This document shows, one piece after another, positions 58,680 through 64,000 of a stretch of DNA of 64,000 nucleotides (position 1 is its first letter; the number at the start of each line of letters is the position of its first letter). Where the stretch lies: contig JAKAWS010000003.1 of assembly GCA_021816885.1 (NCBI GenBank), forward strand, positions 5,091-69,090. The letters run 5' to 3'. This DNA is from Candidatus Micrarchaeota archaeon. GTDB taxonomy: Archaea > Micrarchaeota > Micrarchaeia > Micrarchaeales > Micrarchaeaceae. The notes below the pieces were generated by a model. That model was not told the DNA's origin. It did no database searches and saw only the letters and a list, made by a program, of their open reading frames with translations. The translations under genes and the position numbers were made by a program.

Positions 58680-59022
58680 CTCTAAAAGACTGTGCGAACG
58701 GCACACCCCCTACTTTCCTTACCCGTTTCGCATCTATCATCCCTAACTTCACTGCGGCTCTGCACGCCTCGTCTCCCACTATGTTCGCAGAGGAGAATCC
58801 ATCTATCTCTTCTGCAGCAGGCGCATCCTTCGCCTCAATGAGCTCTCCTTTGTAGAAATCCGCATACATCTGTATGTCTATCACTACCTCTCCTTCAGAT
58901 ATCACCTTTCCTATGAGGCGCTCGTCGCACATCGCTATTATGACGCCGTTCTCGGTCTTATGTCTCTTGATGTATATCAGTAAATCATCCGTATTTGTAT
59001 ACAAACAGCGTAGCAAGTCCAT
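58669..59022 (-). CDS. DUF424-family protein
   Basis: LLIYIKRHKTENGVIIAMCDERLIGK matches the DUF424 N-terminal signature. 117 aa. Confidence 0.55.
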   Translation of the reverse strand: MDLLRCLYTNTDDLLIYIKRHKTENGVIIAMCDERLIGKVISEGEVVIDIQMYADFYKGELIEAKDAPAAEEIDGFSSANIVGDEACRAAVKLGMIDAKRVRKVGGVPFAQSFRVKG

Positions 59023-60553
59023 ACATTATCCCATACCACGCGAGCCAGAATCCACCGAGTATGTTGCTTGCGCTTAGTGCAAGGTAGCTGAATAACAGCA
59101 CCACACCTGCGAACAAGAGCTCCAATCTGGTGCTTAAGAGCGAGTATAAGAGATTCCCTTTATTGTTCGTCTTCTGCCTGTTCCATACTGCAAACGGGTT
59201 CTTTTTCGTGAATACGGATATAGCCGCAATCGTTCTAGTGACAGCCAGTGCGTAGTTCAACGCAAAGAGCATAAAACCTTTCTTGAAAGATCCGAAGTAA
59301 ACCTTTGTCATTATGACAGGCGCGAATATCGAGAGGAAAAGCGCAGAAGAGCCTATTATCTCAAGGTCTGTCGCAACGTCCCTGAGGTTCAACATCTGCA
59401 GCAGCGAGATGTGCGTTATTGATGCTGCCGAGAACACTATGAGCACCGATAGCACGGTAAAGGATATGAGCATGACCGATATATAACTGAGTCCCATCCC
59501 ATGCATTATGTAGTCTATATGGCTTATTACCGACTCCCTTAGGTTCTTTTTCTTCCCCATATAATATCTCATGAATTCGGTGTCGCCGAAGTTATACCTC
59601 CACTGCTGCTTCGCAAGCGCGCTGAAGCTGCTTACCTGTATGCCTTTTGCATAGACTTTCGGCACGTACATGCTCTTGTATCCCAGGCCACACGCCTTGA
59701 AGCTGAAAAACGTGTCTTCAGTAACATACTCCGGAAATCCGCCGACCTCGTCGAGCACAGATTTCCTTATTATACCGCACGAGCCCGCGTATATCGCCGT
59801 GTTGTTTATCGCCCTTGCAGGCTCTATGAAATTGAAGAAGAATTTGTCAAAAAGGTCGACAGTCTGGGAGAAAAAGCTACCTTTGAAATAGCTCTTCTCA
59901 GTCTGGACATAGCCTATCTTCTTGTCCTGGAAATACGGGAGCAGTTCCTTAAGAAAACTCTTTTTCACAATCCTCTCATCATAGTCGAATATAGCTACAA
60001 ACTCTGCATGCACATATCTAAGCGCAGCATTGAGGGATCCGGCCTTTCCGCACCTGCTCCTCCCGTACAGGTACTTTATGCGGTTCGACTTACAAAAGCG
60101 CACTAGCGTCCTAGACCTTTTCTCCGAATCGCTTGTGTCTGAGAGCATCACGTCAAGCTTCTTCCTCGGATAGTCTATCGTGAGGATGCTTGCTAATGTC
60201 TTCTCGACTATAGCAGGGTCTTCATTCTTTATCGGGACTATAATGCATACCTTCGGATACCTTGACATAGGCGTTATCTCTGCCATCTCCCTTTTCATAT
60301 GGTCGATGTAAAAATATGACTTATAATAAAGGTAAGCGGCATAAGTGTTGAACGAGCCTGTAATGAAAGATAGAGTCAAGAACAGGATAGCTATAAGGTA
60401 CATATACGCGCTGTTTGCTATGAGGAACAGGTATATGGAGAAGGATACCCCTGCCACAGACAGGGCGAAGAATATCGCAAGTATGAGAAGCCGCCGGCTA
60501 AAACCAACGCCAAAGAATATGTTTTTCGTGTATTTTGGGCCGACTCTGTCCAT
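58985..60553 (-). CDS. Membrane glycosyltransferase family 2 (cellulose/chitin-synthase-like processive GT)
   Basis: N-terminal TMs, GT-A core (IVPIKNED, DYD(E) region, TEDT) with QQWRY (QxxRW) and C-terminal TMs. 522 aa. Confidence 0.8.
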   Translation of the reverse strand: MDRVGPKYTKNIFFGVGFSRRLLILAIFFALSVAGVSFSIYLFLIANSAYMYLIAILFLTLSFITGSFNTYAAYLYYKSYFYIDHMKREMAEITPMSRYPKVCIIVPIKNEDPAIVEKTLASILTIDYPRKKLDVMLSDTSDSEKRSRTLVRFCKSNRIKYLYGRSRCGKAGSLNAALRYVHAEFVAIFDYDERIVKKSFLKELLPYFQDKKIGYVQTEKSYFKGSFFSQTVDLFDKFFFNFIEPARAINNTAIYAGSCGIIRKSVLDEVGGFPEYVTEDTFFSFKACGLGYKSMYVPKVYAKGIQVSSFSALAKQQWRYNFGDTEFMRYYMGKKKNLRESVISHIDYIMHGMGLSYISVMLISFTVLSVLIVFSAASITHISLLQMLNLRDVATDLEIIGSSALFLSIFAPVIMTKVYFGSFKKGFMLFALNYALAVTRTIAAISVFTKKNPFAVWNRQKTNNKGNLLYSLLSTRLELLFAGVVLLFSYLALSASNILGGFWLAWYGIMYGLATLFVYKYG

Positions 60554-60580
60554 TCAAACCGCGTATCATACATTCTCAAA

Positions 60581-60588
60581 CTTTATAT
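60581..60588 (+). promoter_or_regulatory. TATA-like box (tttatatg) about -28 from tRNA-Ser
   Basis: A/T box at canonical spacing. Confidence 0.4.
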
Positions 60589-60611
60589 GTTTTGGTGAAG
60601 AAAGAGAATCC

Positions 60612-60708
60612 TGCCGGGATGGCAGAAACCGGTATTGCGCCAGACATATGGGCGAAACTCGAGATCTGGTTTCCGCAAGGAAGTTTGGGTTCAAATCCCA
60701 ATCCCGGC
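60612..60708 (+). tRNA. tRNA-Ser (anticodon CGA after splicing, type II) with a 13-nt insertion in the anticodon loop at 32/33
   Basis: Acceptor gccggga/tcccggc, D-stem gcag/ttgc, anticodon stem ccaga/tctgg, variable arm t-ttcc-gcaa-ggaa-gt, T-arm ttgggttcaaatcccaa, discriminator G (Ser identity). 20 nt lie between the anticodon stem halves. Removing 60645-60657 yields the loop cTCGAga. Confidence 0.7.
60645..60657 (+). other. Putative non-canonical tRNA intron (anticodon-loop 32/33) in tRNA-Ser
   Basis: 13 nt, atatgggcgaaac. Without splicing the loop would lack U33 and the anticodon would be ambiguous. Confidence 0.5.
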
Positions 60709-60712
60709 GAAG

Positions 60713-63700
60713 TCATAGGAACTTAGCCAGGCTGAACTGCCTCTGGTTTGTGCTAGAGCTCACGCCGAATACGGTATCTATCTCGTTCTTAAGTAAGCGG
60801 ACGCGCTGCTTTATGTAAGGGTCTAAATCATACCTATCTGCGAGGTCCGTGGCCATAACCAGATATTTCTCTATTCCTCCTTTTGATATTGTTAGCACTA
60901 TCTTGCCCCCGCATCGTTCGCACGTTCCCGTAAGCGGCACCCTTCTGTATTTCGCATTGCATGCTATACATCTGAACTTCTGCTTAGAGAACGAGTGCAG
61001 GTTTCCCATAAGGTCAGGGATGAAATGGCTTGTTATAAGCCTGCTTGCCGTGTCCTTCCTGTCTATGCTGCACAATATATCCATGAGTTTAAACTGCTCC
61101 TCCACCTTCTCGTCCATTGTCTTCATTGTGGTATAGAAACTGCGCAACGGCGAATCAGGTATTGCGTTGGCCGAACTTTCGTGTGTAAACCAAATTTCCG
61201 AGAATGCGGAATTGCTGCTGATCCGTCCCTTGACGCTCTCGACCTGCGCGTCCGACGGCGGCCCCATCGCGGCTGTCGCGTCATAGAACTCCAAAGAATA
61301 TTCCCTTACCACTTCCATCTCGTGTACCTCGTCATCCACCTCTGCAGGGTTCACGTTTAGGGTAAGGATAAGCGGCGCGTCCATAGTCCCTCCTACAGTC
61401 GTCGGAAGGTACTCCCTCGAAAAATTGATGAGGCCATCAAGGAGAAGCATCGTGGTGTCTTCGTCGCCGTCGCAGTTTCTCCGCCGTGCGCAGACGAGAT
61501 ACGGGTGGCACAACCCTATCGATGCGTCAGTGAACCCTATTATTCTTCCGAGCACTCCGGCCGATGTATGCGGGGAGAGGGTAATCACACAGTGCCCTAT
61601 AAGCCCATCTGCATTATCGAGCCTATAAAACCTATCCATTTTATAGTGCCTATCAAGAAGGTCGTCGATAAACTTTGACACCCTGAAGAAATAATCGCCA
61701 GCCCTTCTGTTGAGTATGACGTCCTGATGCATAAGCTCGACGAGCTGGTCTTCCGATACAAGCCCATTTCCGAAACAGTCTGTCCTGTATCCGAGCTCTG
61801 CCAGCTTTTCTATGCTTGTGCCTATCTCCTTCGGATAGAAATGGGTAATCGGAGCGTCTGTCGCGTCGAATCGTGCTGTTCCGTCTTTGAAAATATAGAC
61901 ATTATGCATACTCCTAAGTATTCCTTTTTCCAATGGCTCCGATATCTTGTCCCGGCTCACAAGCCCGCCGACCCCCTTCACTGATTTTGGTACAGAGCTT
62001 ACCCCTATGTTCGTCAGCGCAGAATTCATGGTCTTGAGCATATTTACATTTCTCTGTTCATTGGAGTATGCGGGAGTGCCGCAGGTTAGGCAGAGCTTCT
62101 CCGTAGTCCTGGCGCCGCATTTTTTGCACCTTCTCTCTATATCCGCACTGCAGTTGTGCACAGAGCAGAATCCAGACCCTACATATTCCTTGCCGATACT
62201 GCATCTGAAGCTCGCTATGTCCAGAAGCACGCCGCTACTCTTCAGTTTCTTGCTCTCTATGAAGTACGCTTTGGACAGGTTTCTGTCCTTTCCGCCGTGC
62301 TCTGCAATCGGGAAAAGCACATTGGGCGCTGGCTTCATTAGCCTCTCCTTCGCCTTCTCCGGCCGGCCCATACGGCCGCCTATCCTATACGCCCTTCGTC
62401 TCAGCTCCAGTTCCGAGACAGAGTTAAGCATCTCAAGCGCCGCAGCCCCTGTCATCTTCCTCGTGGAAAGGTCTATCATACCTTCCTTAGAGAAGCCGAA
62501 AGCCGAGAGAAGGCTCTGCGCGTCATCTCCCCTTATCTCTATCTTGTCTCCGAAGTCAAAGTGCGGTATGCATATTCTCTCAACGATCCCCCTTATCCTG
62601 TCGAGCTCTCCCTCAAAGAAGACAGCCTCCAGGTTAAACAAAGATTCGCCGTTCCTATCCATTCTAAGCGAAGACTTCCGTATCGCATCAGCAAGAATCT
62701 GCACGTCATAATCCTGAATGTCCGCATAGTCATAGAGATATCGCGGATGGAGCGGAACCGAGTGCTTCTTGGAAATGCTGTATGCGTCTGCAAACGAGCC
62801 TATGACTGCTTCCTGTTCCTGTCCTTTCTCCTTGATCTGTGCACACCAATATTCCTCCACATAGCTGGTTGGCATAAGCCTTGTATTCGATTTCTTGAAG
62901 TCTCCGAGCGTTATGAGCATATCACCGACAGAGAGTATCTTGCTTATGTTCCCGTATACCCTCCTTGCGGTCGGAACATCATTCACCCTAAAAGCCTCTC
63001 CGCTCTTCAACTTTACGAAAGGTCCCTCTATAGAGTCGACAGGCATCACAATGCATCCCTTTCCGGGCTTTTCTATCTTCAGCTGTGTCCCGACAGCTAT
63101 AAACTTAAGGAGCACCATCGTGGCTGGATTAAGCCCCTTTGCCGCTATTCCTGTGAATCTTGACCTTCCATATCTGAGCCGAAATGCGCCTGGATGCTCT
63201 GGATATGCAAATATCGGCCTCCCCGCGACCTGTTCGTGCAGAAATACTGCATCTTTCTCAGAGCTTTCGTGCTGTGCAGAGCCTTTGTCGACCTTTATTA
63301 TGTTGTTGAGCCAATTCCAATCGAGCTGCGCAAGCTTGGTATACTTCAGTATATTCTTCGCTTTCTGGGCGATTCCCTCGCAGCTCACAAGTGCTATCCC
63401 TCCTCTGACCCTATTGGTCATCCTTTCCTCTTTTCCAGAGGCGCCAAGCCTTGTTATGTCCCTGTGAAGGCTTACCTCGAACTCCTCTGTTGGCAGTCCA
63501 TCTATGCACACCGGGCAGTTCTCGAATATGGTGCGAATGTCATCTTCGGGCGGCATGTACTGTAGCCGAGCGGCTCTGGCGTTGTAAAGTTGTATTTCCT
63601 CAAGATATCTCTCCACCTCCTTCGCCTGTGCTTTGTACGTTCCTACCCCCATATGCTTTCTGGCAAGGTCAAGCAATGCTACAGAGAGCGCGGCACTTGT

Positions 63701-64000
63701 GCCTCCAGCCCCCCTTATCGGCCCGGCGTACAGCGCAGCCACATAATCCGATCCATCAGAATTCTTATGCATCTCCACCCCTTGGAATCCCTCGGTAGGT
63801 GCCACAAGTATTCCTTCTGTAAGTATCGCAAGCCCTATCTTGACAGACATGTCCATGCGCCCTAGTTTTCCATCTGCCCTTATCGCTTTTGCTACCTCGT
63901 CATCCTTGCATATCCTGTTTACCATCCTGAACGCGAGATCCTGCCTGCTCTTCGAATCCTGCGATTCATCCCTGATTATATCTGCTATCCCTTCTACCCC
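60713..64000 (-). CDS. polC: DNA polymerase II (PolD) large subunit DP2, 5' end beyond the window
   Basis: Over 1070 aa match DP2, with Zn-finger cysteine clusters (CPVCIDG; CKKCGARTTEKLCLTCG; CIACNAKY...CERCGG). The reading frame stays open upstream of the ATG at 63925 through position 64000, so the N-terminus is truncated by the window edge. Confidence 0.9.
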   Translation of the reverse strand, partial: GVEGIADIIRDESQDSKSRQDLAFRMVNRICKDDEVAKAIRADGKLGRMDMSVKIGLAILTEGILVAPTEGFQGVEMHKNSDGSDYVAALYAGPIRGAGGTSAALSVALLDLARKHMGVGTYKAQAKEVERYLEEIQLYNARAARLQYMPPEDDIRTIFENCPVCIDGLPTEEFEVSLHRDITRLGASGKEERMTNRVRGGIALVSCEGIAQKAKNILKYTKLAQLDWNWLNNIIKVDKGSAQHESSEKDAVFLHEQVAGRPIFAYPEHPGAFRLRYGRSRFTGIAAKGLNPATMVLLKFIAVGTQLKIEKPGKGCIVMPVDSIEGPFVKLKSGEAFRVNDVPTARRVYGNISKILSVGDMLITLGDFKKSNTRLMPTSYVEEYWCAQIKEKGQEQEAVIGSFADAYSISKKHSVPLHPRYLYDYADIQDYDVQILADAIRKSSLRMDRNGESLFNLEAVFFEGELDRIRGIVERICIPHFDFGDKIEIRGDDAQSLLSAFGFSKEGMIDLSTRKMTGAAALEMLNSVSELELRRRAYRIGGRMGRPEKAKERLMKPAPNVLFPIAEHGGKDRNLSKAYFIESKKLKSSGVLLDIASFRCSIGKEYVGSGFCSVHNCSADIERRCKKCGARTTEKLCLTCGTPAYSNEQRNVNMLKTMNSALTNIGVSSVPKSVKGVGGLVSRDKISEPLEKGILRSMHNVYIFKDGTARFDATDAPITHFYPKEIGTSIEKLAELGYRTDCFGNGLVSEDQLVELMHQDVILNRRAGDYFFRVSKFIDDLLDRHYKMDRFYRLDNADGLIGHCVITLSPHTSAGVLGRIIGFTDASIGLCHPYLVCARRRNCDGDEDTTMLLLDGLINFSREYLPTTVGGTMDAPLILTLNVNPAEVDDEVHEMEVVREYSLEFYDATAAMGPPSDAQVESVKGRISSNSAFSEIWFTHESSANAIPDSPLRSFYTTMKTMDEKVEEQFKLMDILCSIDRKDTASRLITSHFIPDLMGNLHSFSKQKFRCIACNAKYRRVPLTGTCERCGGKIVLTISKGGIEKYLVMATDLADRYDLDPYIKQRVRLLKNEIDTVFGVSSSTNQRQFSLAKFL

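Noticed and set aside
60639-60663. Reading the tRNA-Ser region as an unspliced tRNA with anticodon TAT (Ile)
   Set aside because: This would put A at position 33 and require a 20-nt loop; the perfectly paired flanking stems only make sense with the 13-nt insert removed.
60995-63565. Several 100-250-aa plus-strand ORFs within the PolD region
   Set aside because: All are antisense to the continuous, motif-rich DP2 reading frame; none has a recognisable domain.
1-64000. CRISPR arrays, IS elements, integrases, inteins
   Set aside because: No arrays of direct repeats with spacers, no transposase/integrase-like ORFs, and no intein-sized insertions in radA, gyrA/B, PolD, thermosome or Lhr (lengths are normal).

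Overview
Dense archaeal chromosomal segment, about 65 recognisable genes, ~90% coding, with no CRISPR array or mobile element seen. The protein set suggests an acidophilic DPANN/Micrarchaeota-like or Thermoplasmata-related archaeon. Housekeeping genes: RadA, DNA gyrase B/A, Lhr-type helicase, Mre11, PolD large subunit (runs off the 3' window edge), thermosome, prefoldin beta, NAC, SSB, the ribosomal L14e-cmk-L34e-DUF106-adkA cluster, CCA-adding enzyme, Trm1, TlyA, Fap7, DtdA and diphthine synthase. Metabolic genes: a nuoABCD module, HMG-CoA reductase, UppP, superoxide dismutase, ferrochelatase next to a radical-SAM/SPASM protein, and a beta-oxidation operon (hbd, thiolase, crotonase, acyl-CoA dehydrogenase, SRPBCC). 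Envelope genes: a pilin-like protein with a LamG domain, a large sequon-rich surface protein, GT4 and GT2 glycosyltransferases, a UPF0104 flippase-like protein, an AlkP/sulfatase-like enzyme, a VKOR homolog and a DUF929 thioredoxin-like protein. The most interesting signal is an RNA-processing theme. Four of five tRNA genes carry introns: Lys and Leu have short inserts in the T-loop with the same local architecture, Ser has a 13-nt insert at 32/33, and Trp has a 65-nt canonical intron. A ~386-aa, apparently three-unit splicing endonuclease (epsilon2-like EndA) lies 6 bp from the interrupted tRNA-Lys. A 44-codon Cys-rich metallothionein-like ORF is absent from the ORF track. Several ORF-track start codons are GTG/TTG. 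I refined starts only where sequence conservation made it clear.
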